A program made the translations under genes and the position numbers. A stretch of 63,924 nt of DNA from positions 79,236,001 through 79,299,924 of the forward strand of contig NC_043008.1 of the NCBI RefSeq assembly GCF_006345805.1, read 5' to 3'. This document shows, in pieces, positions 29,340-40,639 of the stretch. The notes beneath the pieces are model-generated. The model was not told where the DNA came from. It was given only the letters and a program-made list of their open reading frames with translations, and did not search any database. The first letter of the stretch is position 1; each line of letters opens with the position of its first letter. This DNA is from Octopus sinensis. Its lineage: Eukaryota.

Positions 29340-29830
29340 TGCATGCAATTAGACTCGGAAAGTTCGTGAGGAACCCATTGACCCAATTTGCTGACTTTTC
29401 CGATAGCACACTCAATGAATGGTTGAATGACCAAATCCAAGCTTCTCTGCTAGTTCCTCAACAGTTACGATGAGATTTTGTTCCACCAGGGTTTTCAGGA
29501 TGTCCTTGTCGAGTTCTACAGATCTTTCAGGATGAGACTCGTCTTCTAGGCTGTAGTTTATGGCTCGGAATTTCTGGAACCACCATTGACACTGCCTTAT
29601 GCTTATTGTCCAATCCCCATATACTGCATTAATATTTCTTGTACTTTCCGTTGCGTTGTTGTCTTTATTGAACTCATAAAGCAAAATATGCCAAATATGC
29701 TCCTTTGTTACTTCCAATATAGCTTTGAAAAAAATAGCTGTTAAAATCGAAATGCACTCTTCAAAACTTGCACTATGAATAAGGACAAGATAAAATTACT
29801 ACCTGCTTTTATAGCAATTTAATATAAGTT
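29340..29830 (-). pseudogene. Degenerate mariner transposase N-terminus (HTH)
   Basis: KEHIWHILLYEF...NINAVYG...WFQKFR...LEDE...LAEKLG...STI. Confidence 0.8.
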
Positions 29831-29879
29831 TATCCCATTCCCCTCTGACTTTTAGTTCAAGCTGTTGAAAAAACCGCAT

Positions 29880-30138
29880 TATTATATATATATACATATA
29901 CACACACACTCTCTCTCTCACACACATGCACACATTTATATTCTGTTATTCTTTTATATGTTTCAGCCTTGAGGTTGTGGCCATGCTGGATCATGTGTGT
30001 GTGTGTGTGTGTGTCTATCTGTCTGTCTGTCTGTATGTATATATGTATATGTATGTGTGTGAACAATAATATTTTCAACAGATGTGTTGCAAATGTATCT
30101 GATTGTTCTCAAGCTTCAATACTGTGTGTGTGTGTATG

Positions 30139-30175
<37 letters not shown>

Positions 30176-30335
30176 ATGTATGTATGTATGTATATGTATG
30201 TATGTATGTATGTGTGTATGTATGTATGTGTGTGTGTATGTATGTATGTGTGTGTGTGTATGTATGTATGTGTGTGTGTGTGTATGTATGTGTGTGTGGT
30301 GTGTGTGTGTATGTATGTATGTATGAGTGTATGTT
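29880..30335. repeat. (CA)/(GT)/(GTAT) microsatellites interrupted by a SINE stub
   Basis: Direct sequence. Confidence 0.9.
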
Positions 30336-30429
30336 TACTTTATTACTAACACAAGCCACTACGGTTATTTAATGTAAAGTCTTCCTCAAATCACTCTCTC
30401 TGGCTATTTACTCTCTTCCAAGAACATTT

Positions 30430-30782
30430 TCACTCACTCTTATGTGTTAGCTTCCCATACATTTTACTCATGTATCTATCAGCGTGATAGACAGAAACAA
30501 ATATTACATCTAGTTTCACTTTATTCGTTGCACACTGTGTGTGTGCGTTTGCGTGTGGTGTAAACCAGACTAAGAAAAGCATTTGACACACACACCAGAA
30601 TGTGAGTTTTCTGTAAATTTTGCTTAATTGGAGTTTAAATTTTAAAAACTGGACCTGGCATGACGCGATGCATTGTACTCTTAAAAATGCTAGGTAAATT
30701 GTAATTGAAGAAATCCTATATTGTAGATTTGTATAACTCCCAAAGGGAGGCAGATAAAATCTGCCTTTTATAATAAGAGATA
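30430..30782 (-). mobile_element. Probable Helitron-like 5' portion
   Basis: Minus strand begins TCTCTTATTATATAAAAGGCAG next to a TA tract. No 3' CTAG end seen. Confidence 0.35.
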
Positions 30783-30834
30783 CATATATATATATGTACA
30801 TATACATATATATATGTACATATACATTTTTTTT

Positions 30835-31690
30835 TTTTTATCTAGTTTCAGCTCACGAGCTGTGGCCATGCTGGGGCACCACCATTTGGTGTTGCTACAT
30901 GATTTTACTTCACGAATGCTTTTTAGCAAATGTCATTTGGTGCGTGAAGTTGGTTCATTTGGGACACCTGACAGGAAGAGATCCAATCCTACTTTAAAGA
31001 CATCCACATCCACCCCATGCAGGTCCCTCAGGTTCTTCGGGAGGATATTGAAGAGCTGTGGGCCTCGGAAGCCTAGGCTATCACAGTATCTTGTCCTAGA
31101 TCTTGATGGCAAATGTGGAGTCCTTGGCACCACGCAGTGGCGTCCAGTTCTGGCATCTGTGTAACTCTCGATGCCAAAGTTTGGGACAAGTCCTTCCAGG
31201 ATCTTCCAGATGTATATTATGGCATATCTTTCTCTCCTACGCTCCAAGGAATAGAGTTTTAATCTCTTGAGTCTTTCCCAGTAGCTTATATGCTGCACAG
31301 AGGCTATCTTCTTCGCGTAGCTTCATTGGATCGCCTCAAATTCTGTGATCAACTTGACACTGGATGGTGACCATAGCTGAGAGCAATAGTCAAAGTGGCT
31401 TAGGACAAGTGTCCTCCAGAGGACCATCATGGTTTCTTGTTCTCTTGTTCTAAAGGTTCTAAGAATGCATCCGGCCAGTCGTCTACATTTCATTGCCAAT
31501 TTAGCAACATGTACATGAAAGGTTGTGTCATCACTCATGTAAATACCCAGGTCACGCACTGTTTGTGCCTCTGGGATTGCAATCCCTCCGGGTCCAGTGT
31601 ATTCATTGGGTATTGCATTTAGTTTTGCATGCTGATAGCATAAAGCTTGAAACTTTTCAGCATTGAACTGCATGCTATTCTTTTCAGCCC
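30835..31690 (-). mobile_element. CR1/L2-group LINE 3' fragment (same subfamily as 1-1510)
   Basis: WAEKNSMQFNA...LERRRERY...PNEPT with the 3' GGTGCCCCAGCATGGCC end. Confidence 0.9.
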
Positions 31691-31910
31691 ACAAGTGGGC
31701 AGAAACGAATATGCAAATTGAATATGCAATACACACACAGTCCAAAATGCGACATACACAATAAACACACACAAAAAACACTCCACAAACACACATAGTT
31801 GAATGGCCGTTGACTACATTGTAGTTCCTCCACCTTTTGACAGGTCTTACTTTTTGTCCCGTAAGGTGTTCAACAAGCACCCACCTCACCAAGCAAGCTT
31901 GATGGGGTTG

Positions 31911-31967
31911 CCAGTTTAGTTGCCGACGACCCGACCATGAAACAGGTTGTACTGGACTACATGATAC
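31911..31967 (-). ncRNA. Candidate degenerate HDV-like ribozyme
   Basis: P1 ATCATG/CATGGT, P1.1 CC/GG, short P4 GTC-GTC-GGC, J4/2 AACTAA, P2 CCAGT/ACTGG. P3/L3 is short and G1 is not canonical. Confidence 0.35.
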
Positions 31968-32189
31968 TAGTAGCGCTCGAGAGCAACCTGACACACTATA
32001 CATATATATATGCAATTGCTATACCAATGACTTCCATCACATTATGAAAAAACTGAGAATGTACATTTTGTATTATCTATAATGATGGGAATATTGAGTT
32101 TCACTGAGAAAGTATGTTTGTAAATCTTCATAATCAAATGGACTTCAAAAATCCGTCCATACTCTATCATCAGTCTATCGACCCCAGGA

Positions 32190-32995
32190 CTTGTTTTTTG
32201 TAAGACTAGTACTTATTCTATTGGTTTCTTTTGCCAAACCACTAAGGTACGGGGATGTAAACACACCAGCATCCACTGATGTTGGGGGGACAAACGCAGA
32301 CATACAAACATATACACACACATACATATTTACAATGGGCTTCTTTCAGTTTCCGTCTACCAAATCCATTCATAAGGCGTTGTTTGGTTCAAGGCTATAG
32401 TAGAAGACACTTGTTCAAGGTACCACGCAGTGGGACTGAACCCTTAACCAAGTTACTTTATTTCAATAAATTTGCCATTTAGGTATAATACAGAGGGGAC
32501 AAAGAAGGACAGACAAACACAGAATGGTGAAGTTGCTTAAAGCGTTATTATAAATCAATTAAAAATATGAAAAGTTAAAAAATAAAATAAAATACATTGC
32601 GTTATGCAATGTGATATCGAAGGAAAGGCATCCGACATCAGGATAGGGCCTTTGCTTTTCTTTCAGGGCTCTGCTTGCTTGGTGTCAATCACTCCCAGCT
32701 TTCTTATCATAGGCTTCTATCTCTTCAGGTGACAGGTCAACTTTTTTAGTTACCACCTCCAGCCTGATCTTGCTGCTGAGGTTGTAACTCAAAAAGTTGA
32801 CCAACCCCTGGCCAGATACAAAGGTACCTGTCACAATCCCTTTCACATGTGTCTTCCTTACAATTTCTTTTAAAATGTCTACCACACAGTAAAAACTGCT
32901 GAGGGAAGAAGGCAGCACAATCTTGATGATGGACTCAGCTGATAGCTGTACTCTTCTTAACCAAGCTACTTACCACACAGCCACTCCTGCACCTA
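32190..32995 (-). mobile_element. tRNA-derived SINE interrupted by an insertion at 32459-32955
   Basis: Head (A box) at 32956-32995. B box and body at 32190-32458. Confidence 0.85.
32459..32955 (-). mobile_element. 5'-truncated non-LTR retroelement with a 16-bp TSD
   Basis: TSD CTTAACCAAGTTACTT (32443-32458) / CTTAACCAAGCTACTT (32956-32971). 3' end TGGCAAATTTATTGAAATAA. Residual ORF ...IRLEVVTKKVDLSPEEIEAYDKK. Confidence 0.8.
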
Positions 32996-33057
32996 TGTAA
33001 AAATCTCACAAATATATCAGCAGCAGACATGAAATGTTCAACAGTATATATGCTTAA

Positions 33058-34154
33058 CCCTTTCGTTACTATATTTCTGACCAAAATACACCCCTCATGA
33101 GTTTCAATTAAATTCTAAAATAATCATGAATCTAGGCTTGTTTCATTAAATAACTGTAACTTTTTTACTTATCAACATATTAACGTGATATTTGGAACAT
33201 AATTAAAGAAAGGGTTCTTAATCAATTCTATTGCATAACTTTTGTCTCAAAGTGACTTTAATTACAGGTAAATTGAGCAAAAGGTAAAATTATTAAAATT
33301 TTAAAATGAGCAAAAGGTAAAAATATTAAAATTTTGTTTAAACATCACCATAGAAAATGAATCATCAGCTAATATTCAAATGGGTATGCAACAAAATTTT
33401 GATAAAGAAGAATTGTGCACATCACTATATCATCAGTTGAATTTAATGCACAACAGGTGTACCATAAAGGCGGAATAAACTGAAATATTGGAATCCACCG
33501 TAAGTTTGACCGAACTAAAGAAATCGGTCAAAAAATAATATACGGCCCTGGTTATGGTATGGAAGTGATAAATTGCAGACCACATCGTTCCCTAGGCCAT
33601 GCTGACTAACATTATTTTCCCTGTATCAAAACTAAATCCATGCAGTACCCAGTATTTGCTTCACAAATTTTCCGAAATTTGAACCCCCATTTTGTGTTTG
33701 TTTACATTCTGCGTAAGTTTGTTTCCGCATTGATCGCTTCAAACAATAACTTCCAGACCACATCATACCCTAAGCCATGCTGACTAACATTAGTTTCTCT
33801 GTATAAAAACTAAATCCACAACAGTACCCAGTATTTGTTTCACAAATTTTCCAATTCGGAATCAATGCTTGATAACATGAAACTCCTATCTATTTTCAAA
33901 GTTGAAGAAAAATCGATGCCGAAAAAAATGTGGAAAAAAATCTCCCAAAATTCAGGGAATTAAAATTACACGTCGATCTTTGTACAAAACTGTAGATGAA
34001 CTGTTTATGAAGCATAATCACGTGTTTTCACGAATGTACTAAAGAGATTTGCTCTGATATTCTCATTTAAATATGAATAGGTAAATTTGGGCGGTTTGGT
34101 CACATTAACCAAAATTTTTTTCGGGCGGCTTTGGGCAGTTTGGTAACGTAAGGG
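33058..34154. mobile_element. piggyBac-like non-autonomous element
   Basis: TTAA TSD (33054-33057, 34155-34158), TIR CCCTTTCGTTAC / GTAACGTAAGGG, internal ~100-bp duplication, no ORF. Confidence 0.85.
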
Positions 34155-36030
34155 TTAAAGTATGATATACAGATCACTTATTTGAACTAATACTGCTTCT
34201 ATTGCTCATAAAAAATTTTTATTCAACCCACTGGCTTAATGCGACATCTATAGCCTTTCAATCACTGTTTAGCAATTAACAAGTTTCACTGGGCATTCAG
34301 TGCCAGTAGATACTTGCTACTGATGAAGCTCTAGTAAGCAAAAATCCAGATTTAGGAATGCTACCATCTCTGCTGTGTGTTTTTCATATGCTACTAATAT
34401 ATTTATACGTCTGTAAGTGATGCTTTCTCTAAATAAATACCAGGCTAGAAGACTTTCAACAGTTACATATGTTTTAAATATGATATACATATCATATTTA
34501 AAACATATAAAATTGTTTTAAACATATATATATATATGTGTGTACATATATAGTTCAAAACTTGTTGTGCCATTACTAATTGGAACGATTTGTAAATATA
34601 AACTATTTTTCAATCAGGTGGTTCCCTTCACGTCATCAGTGATATAAAAGGAAGCAGAACTGTTTGTTTATCAGCACAGCTCCATGGTGGACAAGGTGAC
34701 AATGCATGGCAGCATGCTCAACTGTTTCGACAAGGTAACACTAGCAGAGAATACCCTCTGCAGTTAACTTTACACCTGCAGTAAATTGATTTGAAATAAC
34801 ATTGACATAATTCCTGCAAATGCATCTGTATGAACATGGATATTTTATTTGTAAAAAAGAAAAACTTTTCAGCTCTCTGGTGAGGTTAAAAGAGAAACAT
34901 CTATTTTCAGAAGTACAATTTTATAACATGAGGTTACTCAGCACTTTTATTATTTTAGTTTAATAGACTAATTAAATCTCAAAATAAATTTGTAATAAAC
35001 TAGTTGCAAATGATTTATTCTTGCAAAAGAATGTGAAGTTGTTACATTCCCAGTTTTTTTCCCTAGCAACATAATTCTAACTAAAAACTGAAAGTAGGTG
35101 ATGGACATGATTCATACAAAATTTTGGAAATTTAGCTATCACAAGAACCTATTTCTATAATTATATTTTTTTATCAATTTTAACTTTTGGCATTTTCAAT
35201 TGTGTAATAAATCTGTTTTACAATTGTTCAGGTATGAACACCATCTTTGTTTACATTTACCTTTTGTGTTTCAAATCAACAGATGTGAGCCTTAGCCATC
35301 ATTTTTGTGATTCTGAACTTTCCTCCTTTATTTTTATGCTTTCATTGACGTATTATATTTCTATAATGTTACAAAGCAATCAGTTGTTTTAGCATTTATC
35401 TTAATCTGACTGAACCAACTTATATCACTGTGATTTAACAGCATTCAACGATAACTTTTTAGTTATTCTAATAAAAATCCAATGAAATATATTTTTTTCA
35501 TCATACATCCTAAGTTTGGATTATAATAGTTCTAACAAGTTGAAATTGGTTGAGCTACCAGTTGCATCATCATCAACATTGTGCTGTGTCTCTGACAATA
35601 GCCCAGTTAATGTAGTTGTAAATAGGTACTATTAGAACCATGCAGATCAGTACATGTGGCAAGAATAGTCTGTAAGTGACAACTTGATATATAAATTTTA
35701 AAACTTTTTACACACTGACACAATTGTTAAATCATCATTTTAATGTCCACTTTCCATGCTTGCATGAGTTAGATGGAATTTATTGAGAGACTCTCTAAAG
35801 TTGGATGTCTTTCCTGTCACCAAACCTCTCATTTCAAAATGAGGTAGTGTTTCTCCATGATCACATGTATTTTCATGGAAGACTGGAAATGAAGGGCACA
35901 GCTTATATTATGGTGATACTTGTTTCTAACTATTACATCATGTCAAGATCAGGAGGTACAAATATATGCTTAAGTATACATACTATATATCTATCTATAT
36001 ATATATATCCATGATAGGTTGTTTTTTTTA

Positions 36031-36707
36031 TCTCAGTCACAAATTTTTAAATTAATTTTTTTAAACTTAACAGTTTGAAACTTTGGATACTGGTTGAATA
36101 TGTCTTAAAATTTTTGACAAAATTTTGTATTTTAGAAGTTATTTCGTGTTAAAGTTGTATTTAGGTAATTTTAACCAATCAATGACAAGTATTCAGCTGA
36201 AGAAAGTTACTGCTGTTTGTGAAAGTAATGGAAGAGCAACAACTTCCAGGTCATAGGGTCATGAAAGAGAGAGCGGTGGGAGAAAAGTATAAAAGATAAG
36301 AAAACTGGGTGAGAAAAACAAAGTTCTTTTATAGGGAATACATACATGTGTATTTTTTTTCCATCTTATCCAATGTGTCCTCTCGTTTATATAATGTGAG
36401 AGAGATTTGTCTGTTATTTCCAGAAAATCATAGAGAACGGTGAGAGTGGTGGTGTGTTGATCTGAACGACAGCTTATATAAACTTACCAACCCCCTACCA
36501 CTGCATATTAATTTATTAAACACTCTCTTTTTTTCTTGCTTCCATTTGGGGGTTTTATCAGCTTTACATATGAATGTGTGTGTGATGGACAGCATGAACA
36601 ACTGTTGTCAATTTCACAATCCCCTTCACTCCTTAAAGTTATGTATTCCTCACACCCACCTTACTTTCCTTGGTGTTCTAAAAGTTGCATGTGTGCATAT
36701 GTATTGG

Positions 36708-36741
<34 letters not shown>

Positions 36742-37027
36742 CATGTGTCTGTGTACATATATGTATGCAGTGTCCAAAACAGATGACCCAGATGTTGCTC
36801 TTCCATTACTTTCGCAAACAGCAGTAACTTTCTTCTGCTGAATAGACATCATGGATTGGATTTAAATTGGCCAATTATGACAACTTTAACATGAAATAAC
36901 TTCTAAAATACAAAATTTTGTTAAAAACATTAAGAGTAAACCACGTTCTACGTGACACAGTCATCCAGTATCTGAAGTTTCAAACTGTTTAGTTAAAAAA
37001 AATTAATTTAAATATCTGTGACTGAGA
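36031..37027. mobile_element. Foldback/MITE-like element with ~225-245-bp imperfect inverted arms
   Basis: 36031-36253 is the reverse complement of about 36783-37027 (TCTCAGTCAC...GTGACTGAGA). Confidence 0.8.
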
Positions 37028-38924
37028 TTGAAAAGATCCAGTTTTTTTCAGTTTCCTTCTATTAAATATACTCACAAGGCTTTTGGTCAGCTTGAGGTTA
37101 TAGTAGAAGACACCTGCCCAAGGTGTTTTGCAGTGCGACTGAAAATGAAACCACGTGGAAAAAAATTACAAGAGCTTTCATACAAATTTCTTTGATGCTT
37201 ATTTTATTTCCTACTATTTTTCCTAGTTTGTTATGTTTTTCTACACGTATTAGATATTTGCTTCTTTTGCCTCCCAGATAGGAAATATTTGAATCTTAAT
37301 TATTGAAACTCACTTTTCTGATTAGTGTTCAATCCTTCTTTGGTAGCAACTCAATTGGATAGTTGGAAGTAGATATGGTTGTGTAGCTAAGAAGTTTATT
37401 TAAAACTACATGGTTCCAGATACAAGCAGCCATGAGACATTTTGTGCAAATATCTTGTAAGTAGAATTTAGTAAATGAAAACTGTAGAAAGCTATTGTGT
37501 GTGTGTTTGTGTCAATGTATAACTTTTGTTGATGTATACCAAGTAACCAATAAACTAGTACTTTCAAACAAAAATGTCTTGATATTTTTTTGTCATTCTC
37601 ACTATTGTAAATGCTATGATTGTACCATTGGCAATCTGTAACTAATGATGCTATTGTCTACAAAATGGAATATAAAAAGAAATTTACTATAGAAATATTA
37701 ACATGTCAGTTCATCACCATTTTATTTTCTTTCTGAATAGCTACCATGGCAACCACAGACTCTACAGCTTTTCTTCTTTGTTCTCATTTATTGAATAAAT
37801 GTTTAAATGATAAATATGCTGACTAAAAGGTATGCATATAGTATTAATAATAATTAAATATTACAACTTCTTTTAAGTTTGTATAAGAATGAGGAGACTA
37901 TTAATAGATTCATGTAGATCCTAAAGACAATGTCCATTTTGCAAATCCCTTACACCCACCATCCCCATTTCCATTAAAACCATTACCATTTCCATTTAAA
38001 CATACATGGATTGCTTCCCTGGCAACTCATGTACTCCATCTGAGTTGTGGGTTTGGATATATATTTTGGCTACTCTCCTCATGTACCATATACTTGTATG
38101 CATGTGTCTGAATAAAAAAAGTTGGACATAGAAGGAATCAGATGCAATATGCAAGAGAGTAGATTACATTGGTTTGGACATGTGATGTGTATGAATGGAG
38201 ATGGTTATATAAAGAATTGCTGATTGCTTTAAAGTGGATGGTACCTGTGGACAAAAGAGATACAGGAAGACATGGGATGAAGTAGTGAGGTCTGGTATCA
38301 GGATGTTGGGCCTCACAGAGGAGATAACAAATAAACTGAAATGTCTAACGATATGAGTTTCTTGAGAAAATGCCACTTCAGCAAAACTGAGTTGTGGAAG
38401 CACTGTGTTCCACCCATATGTAACAAAATTTTTCACACACCCTACCCCAACAAACCAAACTACATCTCCTTTTCCATGCACTATACTTATGCTTATCACT
38501 TACTCCCCAATCCTGTCCTCACAGCTCTGCCCAATGTATCATTGCTATCCTGCTGTCCTCTACCTTCTCTGTATACCTAGGTTTCACCAGTCACAGCCCC
38601 TTCCCACTGCTTTTGCATTCGAGTAAAGTCCCTACTCCCTTACTCATACACCCTTGGCAATATTCTACCACCCCGTTTATATTCTACTTCCCGGACTTTG
38701 CCCTGAAACTTTGTAACCATCTCCCTTGCTCTCTCCAACTGACTTCGAAACCATGTAGCTCCTTTACAGCAAAACACCTGTTTCTGTCCTTGTCGCACTC
38801 TAACCTCTCATCACCTCCTCCAATCCCCTACCTCTCAAAAGATCTGTCTTGTGAATTACTAGGTGACCCCACCACATAAAAAGCATCCAGTCCACACTGT
38901 AAAGCAGTTGATGTTTGGTAAGGT

Positions 38925-39180
38925 AAAGGTAAAGTCACCTGTTCAAGTCATGCTGACTCATAAGGGCCAGTTTCCTAGTTTCATGGCAGATATATTCCCC
39001 ACTTAGACAGGACACCAGTCCATCACAGAATTACACGCTTTAGCCAGCTGAGTGGACTGGAGCAACGTGAAATGAAGTGTTTTTCTCAAGAATACAATGT
39101 GTTGCCCAGTCCAGGAATCAAAACCACAATCTTACATTCATGGGTCCAACACCCTAACCACTAAGCCACATGCCTCCACT
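38925..39180 (-). mobile_element. Second tRNA-derived SINE family (V-SINE/Meta-like core)
   Basis: Head GTGGAGGCATGTGGCTTAGTGG...GATTCC, core GATGGACTGGTGTCCTGTC, (TTTACC) tail. Confidence 0.65.
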
Positions 39181-39545
39181 GGCTGATGTTTGGAAGGGCA
39201 TCCAACTGTGAAAACCATGCCAAAATAGACCTTACCTGTGCTAATGTCATGTAAAAAGCACTGTCCACTTTGTAAGGTGTTTGGTGTTAAGAAGGGCATC
39301 AAGCCATAAAAAAAAAATATGCAAAAACAGAGTGCAGTCTTCTGGCTTGCCAGCTCCTGTCAAACCATCCAACCCATGCCGGCAATGGAAAACATGTTAA
39401 ATGATGATAATGATTCTCGCCAACAAATATTCTAGCTTAGAAAATACAGATGTTTATTTGATTATAATGCTTTTCTCTATTCTATAATGTCAATTCCCAT
39501 TTTTTTTTGTCTTTTACATGCATTCTTCTCTGAATGCATAGATGA

Positions 39546-39551
39546 TTTATT
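39546..39551 (-). terminator. Possible ADAL polyadenylation signal
   Basis: AATAAA on minus about 170 nt after the stop. The region is AT-rich, so this is weak. Confidence 0.3.
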
Positions 39552-39721
39552 TGTTAAAACTATTAACCACTGAACTGTAGAATAAAATTGGAGAGCATTT
39601 GTTTCAATCAGAATGGTGGATAAATTGTAAACATTTGAACTTAGACCTATGAGGTTAGTAGTCCACCATCATGCCCTCACAATTATTTTATGCTACTTTC
39701 AAAATGAGGGGAAAAGTGTTT

Positions 39722-39907
39722 TTAAATTGACTCTTTGATTTCTTTCCATTTCAATTTAAGCTTATTTTTAGTGTCTTCGTTGGCAAAAATATAATCAATG
39801 GAATTGTAAGAAAGTTCCCAAACATTCTCTTTTGTCAAAGAAAATGCCTCTGCAACCAAGCTGTATTCTTTTGAAAGGTAAGTGTTGAATATTCCTGCAC
39901 CATCAGT
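39722..39907 (-). CDS. ADAL: ADAL last coding exon: TDGAGIFNTYLSKEY...KEIKESI-stop
   Basis: tttcag|ACTGATGGT...TAA. 186 nt. Confidence 0.92.
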   Translation of the reverse strand, partial: TDGAGIFNTYLSKEYSLVAEAFSLTKENVWELSYNSIDYIFANEDTKNKLKLKWKEIKESI

Positions 39908-40639
39908 CTGAAATAAATACAAGAAAATGTTACTCAAAATATATCAGAAATTAAAATTAAAACATACAAATTTCTGTTTCCTCAAACTGTTTCGTATTTT
40001 GGAGTGATAATATTTAGTGATTGTTCCTTTATGATTTTTTTTTCTGTTGTTTTTTTATCAAACCACTACTGCCTGCACATTATCTTGATAAACACCTGAT
40101 TCAGACACAGACCTTATGCTTGATTTGCAGTAGTTACCATTCTATGGCTTTTGAATAGTTCTTCTTCAGACTTGTGCGAAATCAAAGATGATTGTACAGT
40201 GAGAAAAACTAGAATGAATTATTTGTCCTTTTTCCATTTCCTCAACATCATTTAATATCTGGCATGGGCTGGACGGCTTGACTGGGCTGGCATGCTGGAA
40301 GGCCGCACCAGAATCCAGTCTGATTTGACATGGTTTTCTACGGCTGGATGCTCTTCCTGACACTAATGACTCCAAGAGTGTAATGAGTGCATTTACATGC
40401 CACCAGCACGGGTGCCATTTGCATGATACTGCGATCTACTACATCGCGATTTTGTGCGGCTTGATGGGTCTTTTTCTCAAGCACAACATAACGCCAAAGG
40501 TCTTGGTCATTGCTTCCATGAAGCCCAACACTCCATGCAATCCAGGAGCTCAGCCACTTTGCTTCCATGCAACCCGGGACTTCAGCTACTTTGCCTCCAA
40601 GCAACCCAGGACTTCAGCCACTTTGCTTCCATGAAGCCC

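Noticed and set aside
29412-29717. SETMAR-like host gene
   Set aside because: No SET domain or exon structure. It is a degenerate mariner fragment.
32685-32918. LSPEEIEAY resembling a proteasome alpha-subunit C-terminus pseudogene
   Set aside because: The upstream sequence does not match, and the segment lies inside a TSD-flanked retroelement.
40140-40175. Minus-strand CTGAAGA-A-GAA-cta-TTC-AAAA
   Set aside because: G12 is missing and there is no supporting stem I.
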